A DNA stretch of 61,488 nt, filler included, from Globobulimina sp. (taxonomy: Eukaryota), in NCBI GenBank assembly GCA_003354225.1. It is 17 parts of 17 records of this genome, joined end to end, with 100 filler letters (N's around TTAATTAATTAA, not from the genome) between each part and the next. Parts side by side here need not be neighbours in the genome. Positions count along the whole stretch, not along the records: positions 10,885 to 14,412 come from PIVH01002580.1; positions 14,513 to 18,035 come from PIVH01002581.1; positions 18,136 to 21,658 come from PIVH01002582.1; positions 21,759 to 25,280 come from PIVH01002583.1; 13 more parts are not named here. One strand, given 5' to 3'. Under the pieces are notes generated by a model. That model ran no database searches. It was not told the DNA's origin and saw nothing but the letters and a program-made list of their open reading frames with translations. Position numbers and translations under genes: made by a program. Of the stretch, positions 11,697 through 22,776 are shown piece after piece; the first letter of the stretch is position 1, and each line of letters starts with the position of its first letter.

Positions 11697-12965
11697 TTAG
11701 TTTGAAATATCTTTTTCTGGATTTTCAACACACTCTCGAATATTCTTTATAGTTGCATCAATATCAAAGTTTTGTATTTCTATATCTTCAAAATCTTCAC
11801 CAACTTGAATGACCATTTGACTTTTCATTGTTGGTTTTTCTGCTGCAATAATAGAGGTAAAAGAGAGAGATTGTGGCGTTATGGTTGATTCATGATTAAC
11901 CACAATGGATATTGATGACTTTTGCTTGGAATTCCTTGCTTTATCCATTTCTAATGCCTCTTCAACACGTTTCTCTGCTAATGACTCACAAAAAGCATTG
12001 CATTTCCAATGACATCTTCTACACAGACAATTATATATCGTTGCATTAAACATAAATCCTAAATAAACACAAATAATGCCAACAATTATGGTTATCACCA
12101 CAGAAAATACAAATATTAATAAGAATATGTAACTGTCAGCATAAGGACATATTTGACGCAAAATCAAAACTAAAATACATCCAAAAACAATAAAAAGGAA
12201 ACAACAAACATGTATACAACCCAATAACGTTTGCTTTGTTATTGTACTGATCATCACCAATTGATGTGTATTTAACGAAGATGACTGTACTGCCTCATGT
12301 AATGACGGCTTCTTGTAATTATTCACTGTAATTAATGTTTGTTAACGATGCTTTAACACTAATTCAAACAAATTGTGATTAAATCCATATATTAATAATA
12401 AATATGCTGCGCCTTGAAGACCAATACCTGTCATTCCTTTTATATATTAAATTTTAGAATTTATACAATGCACTGTATAGTATATAGTATATGTACCTGT
12501 CAAATAAAATAAGGTCATGTGTTGATAAAACCAAAAATAAAATCCAAATAAGCAATATATTGGGATTGATATTACAGTTAAAATATGGAAATATTTTGTT
12601 TTTCGTGTCATTGAAAACATCGAATCGATAAAAGCATAATAATATCTACAGACTAAGAATAAATATGATGACATGAATCCAAACATACAGAATAACACAA
12701 ATAAACAATAAAGCGGTGTACGTAGTTTTTTCTTGTCCTGAAATACAGCCATTAATATTAAAGTTGTAAAGGCCATTAACCAGCAGCCCATTTCAGATAA
12801 TGCTAATAATTTAATAGGAGAATGCATATTAGAGCCACTGGGTTGCGCTCCAAAATATAGTTTTTTAATGGTTAAACATAATATTGGCACAACAACGGTA
12901 ATAACTGTTGACGACAGAGCAATGACAAGTATCTTCCACTCTGTTACCCATTCATGGTCAGTCAT
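11697..12965 (-). CDS. Orphan 7TM (GPCR-like) membrane protein; in-frame TAA at 12342-12344 (pseudogene or micro-intron)
   Basis: Seven hydrophobic segments after removing intron 12428-12496; C-terminal Y..LC..CH..C motif shared with 60494-61465. Confidence 0.65.
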
Positions 12966-13143
12966 TGTTCGTATATTTAAGAAACAACAATTTTTGTTTC
13001 AAAAATTAACTGTTATCAAAATCAAGAATTATACAAAACACAAACGGTGTATTAAAATTAAAAAACAAACAATAATAAAATTATAACTTATTATAAGACA
13101 AACAAAATATGTTTAGTGTATTCATAAATATTAATCGTTGTTG

Positions 13144-14412
13144 TTACTGTGTGTTTCTTCTTTGTTGTCTAAGAATGGAGGTATTACAAATTGGACATTT
13201 CGGACTCATTTTAATTAACCAGGTATCTACACATTCCTTATGATAAAAATGGAAACATGGCAAAATCCGTAATGTATCTCCTTCCACATAATATTCCAAA
13301 CATATTCGACATTGATCATCGCGACTATTACTGCTCGTAAATGTAAATATCGGTAACCTCTCTACAATCTCCTTATCCACGCCCGTCTTCTTTGCCTTTT
13401 GTTCTCGTGGCCTATTCCAAGGGAAATCAAATCCAAATTCAAAACCCAAGGGATCGTCCCATCGCCCTCTCAACGAACTATTTAATCGCATCAATCTCCT
13501 CTCTCTGTATTGTTCCTCTTCCATATCTTTTTGCAATTTTTGAGCCATTTCCTGGTCTTCCATTTGTTGAATATTTTCCAATTCTTGGGCTTTTATAGCG
13601 ATTCCCATATAATCTATCTTTGTATTCAATGTTACGATACCTTCATTTGGTTCACTTTCTCGAATCGAAAAATCCACACCAAATATTTTAACTTTTTGTA
13701 TATGTTTAATATATGTATGCAATATATAAATATAAATATAAATTTGTACAGTACCTTGTTTAGAATGATCAATAAACCGACATTTTCCTCTGAAAAATGG
13801 CTCCAAATATATTAATTTGATCTGTGTGGGCGTAAAATGACGATGTGAATGCGGTAATGCCTCATAAATCGGGCGAATTGATATTTTATTTGCATCCTTT
13901 ATCGCTTCTCCATGGCAGAAAAGCTCCGTTTTGGCATCGATAAAACCATTGAAAGGAACACATTTCATGACACGCCAAGCAATGCCATTTGCAATAAACG
14001 TTTCTTGTTCCATTAAATGCCTTTTTGCTTTTTTATCATTTGGATGATCGGTCTTCGTCTCTTCATTGCAATTAGGATCACCAAATAATGTTTTATCTGA
14101 TAAATAAAATCTTGAATTATCATCGTCATAATCACCAGCATCTGGTACATAAAATAGTTTATCAGTACCTTTCAAATATGGCTTAAGTGATTTATGTAAT
14201 AATAGTTTATTTGAAGCATCATCTTTGTCTTTATTATTATTGTTATGTATCATTAATGATTTATGTATGGGTAAAAAATGTATTTGTTGGATTGGTCCAA
14301 ATGTTAATTTAATTAACTTTCCATCATCGCCATTTAAATGATAATTTGTATCAGCAGTTACATGGCCGGCGGGTGGATAACAACCAATAACTTTAAATTC
14401 CACATTTTTTAC
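13144..14412 (-). CDS. RING-H2 E3 ubiquitin ligase, 5'-truncated
   Basis: C-terminal CRICLEYYVEGDTLRILPCFHFYHKECVDTWL..CPIC preceded by GVDKEIVERLP; probable in-frame 63-nt intron at 13692-13754. Confidence 0.88.
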   Translation of the reverse strand, partial: VKNVEFKVIGCYPPAGHVTADTNYHLNGDDGKLIKLTFGPIQQIHFLPIHKSLMIHNNNNKDKDDASNKLLLHKSLKPYLKGTDKLFYVPDAGDYDDDNSRFYLSDKTLFGDPNCNEETKTDHPNDKKAKRHLMEQETFIANGIAWRVMKCVPFNGFIDAKTELFCHGEAIKDANKISIRPIYEALPHSHRHFTPTQIKLIYLEPFFRGKCRFIDHSKQGTVQIYIYIYILHTYIKHIQKVKIFGVDFSIRESEPNEGIVTLNTKIDYMGIAIKAQELENIQQMEDQEMAQKLQKDMEEEQYRERRLMRLNSSLRGRWDDPLGFEFGFDFPWNRPREQKAKKTGVDKEIVERLPIFTFTSSNSRDDQCRICLEYYVEGDTLRILPCFHFYHKECVDTWLIKMSPKCPICNTSILRQQRRNTQ

Positions 14413-14657
14413 NNNNNNNNNNNNNNNNNNNNNNNNNNNNNNNNNNNNNNNNNNNNTTAATTAATTAANNNNNNNNNNNNNNNNNNNNNNNNNNNNNNNN
14501 NNNNNNNNNNNNCAAACAAAAATATAAAAAAGTAAACAAAAAATGGTCTGCGTTTGTAATTTGCTGCAAATAAACGTCGTTCAATTAAATATAATAAAAC
14601 TTATGATAATATCATCAACATATAATGATGAGACACAGGCATAGTGACTATTTGCAA

Positions 14658-14730
14658 GGTGTTTGATAAGATCAGTACTCAAAAAAAAACCTTTTCAAAC
14701 AGGAAAAAAAATCAGTACTTATCAGACACC
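14658..14730. repeat. Short element with 13-bp inverted ends (possible degenerate MITE)
   Basis: GGTGTTTGATAAG (14658-14670) pairs with CTTATCAGACACC (14718-14730), 1 mismatch; internal direct repeat ATCAGTACT. Confidence 0.4.
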
Positions 14731-14739
14731 CCTAATGTT

Positions 14740-15918
14740 TCAATTTAGTTTTGCACTCAAAATCTGCTGAAACACACTCAATTTTTTATCGTCATAAGCA
14801 ATGGCAAACACAATCTTCCTGATCCCTTTATTTCTGTACTTGTTTGAATTGATAACAGATCTAAAACATTCAGCCACCAATTTAGTGTCACATTTATAAG
14901 CACCACAACCAAATGCTCCAGCAATTAATACTGATGTATTTTGCGACACAATAGCTGTCGCTAAGATTGCTTCGATCTTTTTAGTAATCACAGATTTAAT
15001 TTCATCCAAGCTCGCTTTCCGAAAGTATGACTTATATTCGTTTGAATGGCTCCTCATATCAGGTGCTGCAGATACAATTACATTAAAACTATATTCCGCA
15101 TTATTAGTTAAAAAAGTAACATTGGGAACAAAAACAGTTCCAAAGTATGGAATGTGCGAATCATAAATACGTTTTCCAAGTAATTGCTGTTGCAAATGTT
15201 GATTATATTTCGGCTGTATTAACCAATACAAATTGCTGCATCGAATTAGATCTTCTTCCTGTGTTCCACTGTATGGATAAAAGCCCAATCCACCAACATG
15301 TCGTCTTGATGCTAAGTCTAAGATTGTAATATGTTTTGATCCATTATTTGCATGATATTCTGTGATCGCTGCGGACAAACAATCAAAATCCGTAAATGTT
15401 ATTTCTGTTTTTTCATCTTTTTGTTCATAATTACTTGTTTGTTGTATGAGTTGGTGGAATGCTGCAATATTATTGCCACCGTATACAGTGACAAATTGTC
15501 TTTGTTCCACTACATCTGATCCATGACTGCCATTTTTAAATCGACTTCGGATTTTAACCAATTTATTTGCGATTTTCGTTTTGAATACATATGATAAATA
15601 ATAGTGACATAATTTGGTTCCAGATATTCGATGTAAACATTCTTTTACACTGTCAATTGGTGTTTCAATATGTGGGATGTTATGAGTTAATTCATTTGAT
15701 AAAGATTGACTTTCATTTTCATTTCCTGATTCGGTGTATTTGGGAGTGTTATTGCATAGTATTTGACAGCAACAATACGACGGTAATTTTATAAACAATA
15801 AATATATTACACATACAATGAAATACGACAATAAAAATAAGGTTAGAAATGGAAATGTGATGAAAAACACGAGTATTCTTCCACATTTGCATAATCTCGC
15901 ACAACTGCACATGCACAT
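14740..15918 (-). CDS. Microbial-type PARG macrodomain protein (TIGR02452/DUF2263-like) with N-terminal TM helix
   Basis: LDLASRRHVGGLG..GTQEEDLIRCSNLY, VSAAPD, AGAFGCGAY and IVFAI motifs; hydrophobic, Cys-flanked N-terminal segment. Confidence 0.87.
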   Translation of the reverse strand: MCMCSCARLCKCGRILVFFITFPFLTLFLLSYFIVCVIYLLFIKLPSYCCCQILCNNTPKYTESGNENESQSLSNELTHNIPHIETPIDSVKECLHRISGTKLCHYYLSYVFKTKIANKLVKIRSRFKNGSHGSDVVEQRQFVTVYGGNNIAAFHQLIQQTSNYEQKDEKTEITFTDFDCLSAAITEYHANNGSKHITILDLASRRHVGGLGFYPYSGTQEEDLIRCSNLYWLIQPKYNQHLQQQLLGKRIYDSHIPYFGTVFVPNVTFLTNNAEYSFNVIVSAAPDMRSHSNEYKSYFRKASLDEIKSVITKKIEAILATAIVSQNTSVLIAGAFGCGAYKCDTKLVAECFRSVINSNKYRNKGIRKIVFAIAYDDKKLSVFQQILSAKLN

Positions 15919-15989
15919 GGCTAGGCCACAAAAATGATAAGAAGATGTCACAGAAATCAAATATCTTTAGTAAAAAACTCATAGTTGCA

Positions 15990-16565
15990 ATGTCGGACTT
16001 GACAAGTGTTTCCTGCCTATTATGCATATTTATGATTACTATTTTTCGTGGTTATGGGTTGACATCGATTATTAACCCAAACAGCAGTGTGACTGTAATA
16101 CAATGTGGCTTTGATGATGACTGTTATATCGAATGTTCATTACCAAATCAATGCGAAGAAAAAGAAATTATTTTAGAAAACTCCGATCCAAATTACAACG
16201 TAACCATTAGATGTGATGCAGAATATGCATGTTCCAATACATTCATTCATGGAATTGTGACAAATTTATATTTTTATATTAATGCAACAGATGGTTTACG
16301 AGCCAGTGATATCTGGATTATGTTTCCAGCAAATTATACTGACTCAGTTTTTTACATTGAATCCCAAGCATATCAAGGTGTCAATTACGTTGATTTTCAT
16401 TTATACTCTGAAGATGCTTCAAAAATATTAAATCCTTTGGATCAATCATCATTTATTCCTTCCGGTGTAATATATATCAATCCAATGAATTCGCAATCCA
16501 TCAAAGATTGTAATTGGTATTTACAATCAGCAAAATATGTAACTAGAATAGCAAATATTGAATAA
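15990..16565 (+). CDS. Secreted Cys-spaced hypothetical protein, probably incomplete
   Basis: Signal-peptide-like N-terminus followed by repeated IxC..C.I.C...C motifs (CGFDDDCYIEC, IRCDAEYACS). Confidence 0.5.
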   Translation: MSDLTSVSCLLCIFMITIFRGYGLTSIINPNSSVTVIQCGFDDDCYIECSLPNQCEEKEIILENSDPNYNVTIRCDAEYACSNTFIHGIVTNLYFYINATDGLRASDIWIMFPANYTDSVFYIESQAYQGVNYVDFHLYSEDASKILNPLDQSSFIPSGVIYINPMNSQSIKDCNWYLQSAKYVTRIANIE

Positions 16566-16784
16566 TATCTGATAATGATGTAAACCAATTAATTAAAAAA
16601 AATTAAAAAATCATTGAAAAAAAGACAGTTTCAAGATAGAATCAGAATATTCTGTTTTTTTGACAATATAAACGTTTTCAATTTAAGACGATTGTGCAAT
16701 TATGATGTATGTAAATGAATGTAAATATTATATTACATATATAACGTTTTTTGGATTTGATGACAGTATTTTTAATGCGATAGA

Positions 16785-17177
16785 TTATTTTTGAGATAAT
16801 ATTTCTTCGACATTGGCTTCTTTGAGCCATTTTAATATTCTGTGGACTCCGGGACGTATGGTTACTCTGCCTCCGGCTAAATACCCCATTAAAGCAAATA
16901 CATTTTCGTTAAACGTCTCTTTAGTTTTGCACATTTTACATAATTTGTCTCCATCAACTTCTTCCTCTTCAAACCATTCTTTGGTATTTTCCTTCCAATC
17001 ACGAACTCCTAATAAAGCTCTTGAAGGCTTGGCATCACTTACTTTTTGAAATATGTCTTTCTCTAAAATGAATAATAAATCAGCAACAGTGCAATCTTCA
17101 ATGGTTTTTGCAATTTTTTTGATATCTGTATGTAAATAACAACTAATTATTTGGAGGAAATGAGCTCGAATTTTCAC
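16785..17177 (-). CDS. Hypothetical helical protein fragment
   Basis: 130-codon open frame with protein-like composition; no clear ATG start. Confidence 0.35.
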   Translation of the reverse strand: MKIRAHFLQIISCYLHTDIKKIAKTIEDCTVADLLFILEKDIFQKVSDAKPSRALLGVRDWKENTKEWFEEEEVDGDKLCKMCKTKETFNENVFALMGYLAGGRVTIRPGVHRILKWLKEANVEEILSQK

Positions 17178-17358
17178 ATGCCTTGGGATTCTTGTGATTT
17201 CTTATCATTTTCAATACTTGCCATTCTTGTTAATATCAAGTACTATAACGGACGTTCAAACCGGTTCGATTCAATTTGAGCTAGATAAAAGATGTTTTTA
17301 AGATTGTTAAGTAGGTAAAGTTTTTTAAATGTTGACGTGACCCATCTGTGATATATTG

Positions 17359-18035
17359 ATGGCGTGTGACATTAATATTGATTTTGCCATTTTCCGGCAC
17401 ACAGATCTATGTGCATCAAATAGCAGAGATATAAACTGTCATTGTATTGAAAGAGTGATAGTAGCAATGAAATATGTTCAATCATTAAATACAAAATCAA
17501 ATTTCAATGAAAAATTTGTTAATTTTACACAAAATGTCTACCCGAACATGTTAAATGATAAAATACATTTAATACAATATCACGGGGAACAAATTCAAGA
17601 AATTAAACAAAGAATGCTTCATATATATAAACTCAGGATATGTGATGTACAAAAATGTGATTATATTGATCGCCACCAATCATATAATGAGCGGAAAACC
17701 GGTAACAATCAAAATAAAATGGATATTGATCCGATGTTTCTTTTCCTGCAAAACGTCTTTGATTCAATGCATTTTTACCTATATCATTTATTTGATTTAG
17801 GACTGAGGTTTAGCGACAATGATAATGATAATGTGACTATTGATGAAGAAAAGGATATTGGCCCATGTTTTGATGCAGAACTATTAAAAAGGAAGCGGCA
17901 TATTTTAAGTGTGAATAGAAAATATGCATTGAAAAATGCAGATAAATTTTTGCTACATACTGGAGATCAATGTATGCAGATCTATATAATATATTTATTA
18001 ACGTACAATAACATGTTAATTTGTTACATAGAAAT
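17359..18035 (+). CDS. Hypothetical His/Cys-motif protein, 3'-truncated
   Basis: Open frame with CHCIER, IHLIQYH, CDVQKC..RH and DSMHFYLYHLFDLGLR motifs; probable intron near 17972-18031. Confidence 0.55.
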
Positions 18036-18312
18036 NNNNNNNNNNNNNNNNNNNNNNNNNNNNNNNNNNNNNNNNNNNNTTAATTAATTAANNNNNNNNN
18101 NNNNNNNNNNNNNNNNNNNNNNNNNNNNNNNNNNNTAATCAATCCATTACACCTGCTACTTTTGCTTCACGTTGGCACCAGTTGTGCCACTTTCTGTAAA
18201 ACTTTGCAGTCTGGAATAAAACCCTTGCTTCGAGCGCTTGGAAGATAACTATGTCGAGGTGGGCAAGGCCGGCATCGTGCAGACCATGACGCTTTCGTTC
18301 GAGACCTTCCAG

Positions 18313-20085
18313 GGCGAACGCAAAGCCAAGCATTTGATCTTCAAATTGAAGGAAAATGGCATTTTCTTGTCTCGGAAAGACCTGCTAAACACCGATATTA
18401 TGGGCGAGGTGGTGTACAAAAATTGCATTTCGTTCATACGCATTCGCCACGAACACTTGTTGGATGGCATCAATTTGTTGGATGATACCCGCATTCATCC
18501 GGACGACTATCATTGGGCCACTGTGGTGGTGATATCTGCCATGGACATCGACGAAGAGTCGGCGTACAGCAACGAGACGCTTTTGTCCTTGCGCTGCGCA
18601 GAGAATTTGAATAAATTAGAGATACTGAATCTGGATATATTCGCGGAACGGATCCGTAAACGCCGCAATCAACGCATTGTGAATAAACTGTATTTGATCA
18701 AACAAGAAATACGTTCGGGGTTCAAAGAGCAGCGAAACCCTTTCAAGTCGCCATCGGAGAATGAGTTATATCACTTATTATGCGGCCAAACGCGCGCCTC
18801 GTTGCGAGAGGGCATGTTGGTGAACGTGGAGATAAAATCCATCACCGCCTCTGGCATTCGCTGCAAATTATCCTCGTGTGGGTTGGACGCGTGGTTACCG
18901 GCGGAAAATATCAGTAAGACCATGCGCAACGAATTCATGACCATCAAAAATAACCAGGCTCACACCAACAACGAGAACGATGACATGAAATGCAAGACGG
19001 AGCGGAAAGATCTGATCCTGTCCTTTTTGAAGCAGAAGACGCATTTGCAAGCGAGGATAATCAGTATCGACAAACAGAAATTCAACGTCAAACTAAGCTG
19101 TTTGCAGTCTGATATCGTGGACGAGTTACAACAACACGAGATCCCATGGAATATGGACCGATATTTGAACTTAAAGCATCCGCACGATAACAGTCGACGG
19201 GCCATACAGACGGAGCAATATTTGGCTATAAAGAACCGGCCGTTATACCGCAACATCAAATATGCCGCGTTTTTCAATATATCGCGCGTCGAAGCGCAGG
19301 AAAAGTTGCGTTTGACCAAAGGCTGCGGACAGTTAATATTCCGGCCGTCGTCGCGCGGTTTGAACTATTTGTCCATGACATGGAAGATGGCGGATAACCC
19401 CGATATATTCGTACATTACATCATTGAGGAAAAGGATAAGCCGAATCCCTATGCCATCGGCAAGTCGTTGATTATTGATGGCGAGACCTATGACGATTTG
19501 GATGAGATTTATACGTATCACAAACCGAAATTGAATCAGTTGTCGCAAGTCATGATCCAGCACAAGAATTTTCGGTATGGCACGGAATTGGATATCACGG
19601 AAATGTTGCAAGACGATGTTGCGGTGAACCACAATAAGACATGTTATGCGTTGTCGTATTCGTATAATAGGCCCGGATATTTTTTGTTGTCGTATATCGT
19701 GAATAATAAGAAGAAGAAAGTGGAGAAGGAATATATCGCACTGACGCACAATGGGTATAAATTTCGCAAGCATTATTTCGATGATCCCAAGAAATTAATA
19801 AATTGGTTCAAGCAAAATTTCAAAAAAAATCATCCCAAATATATTAAAAAAATGAATCAAAAACTACAACAGCCGCAGCAGCAAACATTGAATGACGAAG
19901 TTATGTTTAATAATAATCACATTCATCCCGAACGACAGCATCAACAACGAAGTCGATCGTCGGGAGATCCAAATATGCATATTCCACCGCCGTATAATAA
20001 TTACAATCAAAATAACCATCACAGTAACCATCACAATAATAATTACAACAACAATTACAATAATAATTATAGAAATCGATATTGA
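18313..20085 (+). CDS. SPT6: Transcription elongation factor SPT6, C-terminal half (HhH, S1, tandem SH2)
   Basis: GERKAKHL..SRKDL..VYKNCISFIRI..LLDDTRIHPDDY, S1 domain, SH2 region RPSSRGLNYLSMTWK..YDDLDEI; N/Q-rich tail. Confidence 0.92.
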   Translation, partial: GERKAKHLIFKLKENGIFLSRKDLLNTDIMGEVVYKNCISFIRIRHEHLLDGINLLDDTRIHPDDYHWATVVVISAMDIDEESAYSNETLLSLRCAENLNKLEILNLDIFAERIRKRRNQRIVNKLYLIKQEIRSGFKEQRNPFKSPSENELYHLLCGQTRASLREGMLVNVEIKSITASGIRCKLSSCGLDAWLPAENISKTMRNEFMTIKNNQAHTNNENDDMKCKTERKDLILSFLKQKTHLQARIISIDKQKFNVKLSCLQSDIVDELQQHEIPWNMDRYLNLKHPHDNSRRAIQTEQYLAIKNRPLYRNIKYAAFFNISRVEAQEKLRLTKGCGQLIFRPSSRGLNYLSMTWKMADNPDIFVHYIIEEKDKPNPYAIGKSLIIDGETYDDLDEIYTYHKPKLNQLSQVMIQHKNFRYGTELDITEMLQDDVAVNHNKTCYALSYSYNRPGYFLLSYIVNNKKKKVEKEYIALTHNGYKFRKHYFDDPKKLINWFKQNFKKNHPKYIKKMNQKLQQPQQQTLNDEVMFNNNHIHPERQHQQRSRSSGDPNMHIPPPYNNYNQNNHHSNHHNNNYNNNYNNNYRNRY

Positions 20086-20519
20086 TTTTGTATTGTTTTG
20101 TTTTGTTTTTAGAACAAATTGTAATAATTTAAAAGCTTTTGTAGTATCTCCGTCTAAATGTATTTTTCTTACAGTCATATACAAATTTGTTGCATGTTTT
20201 GTGCTGTTCGTATCGCGCGCGTAGCGTTGGTGAGTCTCATGTTTGAGAAAACGGAACCTTCTGTCTGCTTAATGTGCTCATGTTTAACATCAGGAACAAT
20301 GTCTAATTTTCAATCAAATGCGTTTTGTGATTGTACTTTCTGCAAAGCCCTTCTTCTGTGGTTTTAACGAATAAGAAACATACAATTTGTAGAATTTAAA
20401 AAAAAACTTATAATTTACATGTGGTAAATTGACCATATTATAGCCCCCTAATGTAAGCCCCTTGAATTACAATTTAGTATTATAGGCTCAAGCTACTATA
20501 TAACTACATCGTTTACTCA

Positions 20520-21540
20520 TTATTCAAGGAATACCATATACACGATGTCAAAGGACATTTCCAGTGCTGAATATCCATGAATAACAGGATAATAAGTTTG
20601 ATTTTTTTCAATATCCATTTTTGCAACAGACACACCATCATGAAAAAATTCAACATTCCAACTATTACAATCTAAAACCACTTTGGCAATGGCTCCTTTC
20701 GTCCACATCTTTTTAATCACTGTATGCGAAACTTTCTGTCCATTCCTAGTGACATAAATATCACCACCATTATAATGGGTCCCTGCACGCCACATATATG
20801 ATAATCCTCCAGTATTGGTGCATCCATGACCAGTAAACGTATGATTCTGTGTGTTGAAAATACCAATCCTGCGCTCAGGACGTGTGGCCTTTGCATCACA
20901 ATCCCATTTCATTTGCCATGAATGAACCCCTTCACTCCATCCTTTATCACAAAGCACTGTTGCATTTGCAGTTGCAGTTAAATTAACCTTTTTTCCATTA
21001 TTTGTGATTGTAAACTTATCTTTATTCCCATAATCAGCACTAAAATAAATCTGCTCCGCTGAATAAGTACCAGTGCACTTCCATTGTTGCATAGTTTTTT
21101 GCATCTTTTGCAATGAATATACAGTGTTTGAAAATGAATCTGGATCCATTTGAGGAACAGTAACAGTGCCAATCAACACAGAAACATTCAAATCTAATAC
21201 AATATCATCATTTTGCTTTTTTTCATCATCGTTATAATCATTGTTCATTGACTGCATATCATATTCATTTTTGTTGATTGTAAGTAATGACTCAAATCTT
21301 TTCAATTTCTGGGTGCCATTAATGTCATTCTTTAATGCTATTTTTTCAAATTCATCTTTCTTTTTGCTATAAATCTTGCGAACAATGGTTAATTTTTGTA
21401 ATGTGCCATTGATATCATTTTCTCTCTGAATTCTTTCATTTTCGATCTCTTTGGTTATTTTAGTTCGATTTTGTTCAATAATTTTAATCATTGCATCGAA
21501 GTTATTATTTATCCCCCTGGAAAATATTACGAAGTTATTT
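20520..21540 (-). CDS. Coiled-coil plus SPRY/B30.2-domain protein, 5' end uncertain
   Basis: Coiled-coil N-terminus followed by GWSEGVHSWQMK..IGI..VVLDCNSWNVEFF..YYPVI. Confidence 0.75.
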
Positions 21541-21588
21541 TCTCTCTGGGGTTTTGTAAGAGTTATTGTAGAGCTAGCTGCTTTTATT

Positions 21589-21629
21589 GGAAGGGAAGGG
21601 AAGGGAAGGGAAGGGAGGGGAGGGGAGGG
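21589..21629 (+). repeat. Polypurine (GGGAA/GGGGA)n tract
   Basis: ggaagggaagggaagggaagggaagggaggggaggggaggg read directly from the sequence. Confidence 0.85.
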
Positions 21630-21758
21630 ACAAAAAGTTCTTTAAAAAGTGTTGACGTNNNNNNNNNNNNNNNNNNNNNNNNNNNNNNNNNNNNNNNNNN
21701 NNTTAATTAATTAANNNNNNNNNNNNNNNNNNNNNNNNNNNNNNNNNNNNNNNNNNNN

Positions 21759-22636
21759 AGAAATCAAATAAATTTATCAAACAAGCAATAACAAAAGGGA
21801 GTAAAATCCGAACGAGAACGAAGCATCTCAGATATGATTATGAAGGCTATCAGGTATTAATCAAAAATAATGACCTTAAAACAAATAAAAAATTGGGAAT
21901 GAAAGCTCTGATTAAGATTACATTTGATGGCCGTAAAACTGCCCAGCGACTCACTCAAAAAAAGAATAAAAATAAACTTAATACAAATGATAACTCATCA
22001 AAATATCCATCATCATATCCAGCACAATTTCAATACACTCGAAATGATAAAATATTAATTTTAGGCGAAATGGATTTTAGTTTTGCTCTCGACATTGCTT
22101 ACAACATTGGAGGAAATAATATCGTTGCTACAGCTTATTATAATAAACATAATCAACAAAATGCAAAAACAAAAGAAAACATTAAAATGTTTGGAAAATT
22201 GGATGGTAAAAAGGTTTTGTTTGGTGTTGATGCGACGGCATTGGAATTGACCATGGATAATTCGTTGAAATTTGATAAGATTTTGTTTGGTTTTCCACGC
22301 GATTCGCGTGACCCAAATAGCCAGAAACATAATGTTGCATTTATGAGAAAAGTGTTTGGAGAAATTGGAAAATATTTGCAGCCAAATGGCCAGTTTCAAT
22401 TATTATTACATATAAATAAATCTGGACATTCACCATTGGAACAGTGGAAATTGGAATATCCAAATTGGAAATGTGTTCATGAACAGATATTTGAGCAAAT
22501 TGAAGTAAATAAAATGTTTAAATTGTATCATCCGGCCGATGCACAAAGTAAAAAATGGACTCCTCATCGGACTGGATTGTATGTCTTTAAATTGCAAATG
22601 ACTCAAAAATCAAATAATCAATCATCTGACTTGTAG
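21759..22636 (+). CDS. BMT5/DUF2431-like 25S rRNA uridine methyltransferase domain protein, 5'-truncated
   Basis: ILILGEMDFSFA, IVATAY, VLFGVDATAL and FDKILFGFP motifs; probable intron 21854-21914. Confidence 0.78.
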
Positions 22637-22776
22637 CCTGTAGCAATACTTCACCTTTTCCTGTATTTTTGTTAAATCAAAAAAAACAATATTTGTTTGA
22701 AAGGTTTCCACAGAATAATGTTATCCAAAGTTTACAAGTTTTTTTGACTACAAAAACAAGTCAAACTGTTCAGATC

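Noticed and set aside
12342..12344. Stop-codon reassignment (TAA/TAG = Gln) suggested by in-frame stops at 12342, 5484 and 5929
   Set aside because: Long conserved frames (dynein exons, SPT6, FAS1) contain no internal TAA/TAG, and many genes end at TAA/TAG where homology ends; introns or decay explain these cases
13692..13754. Odd peptide TVQIYIYIYILHTYIKHIQK inside the RING protein
   Set aside because: It is a stop-free 63-nt GT-AG intron read through by the ORF finder
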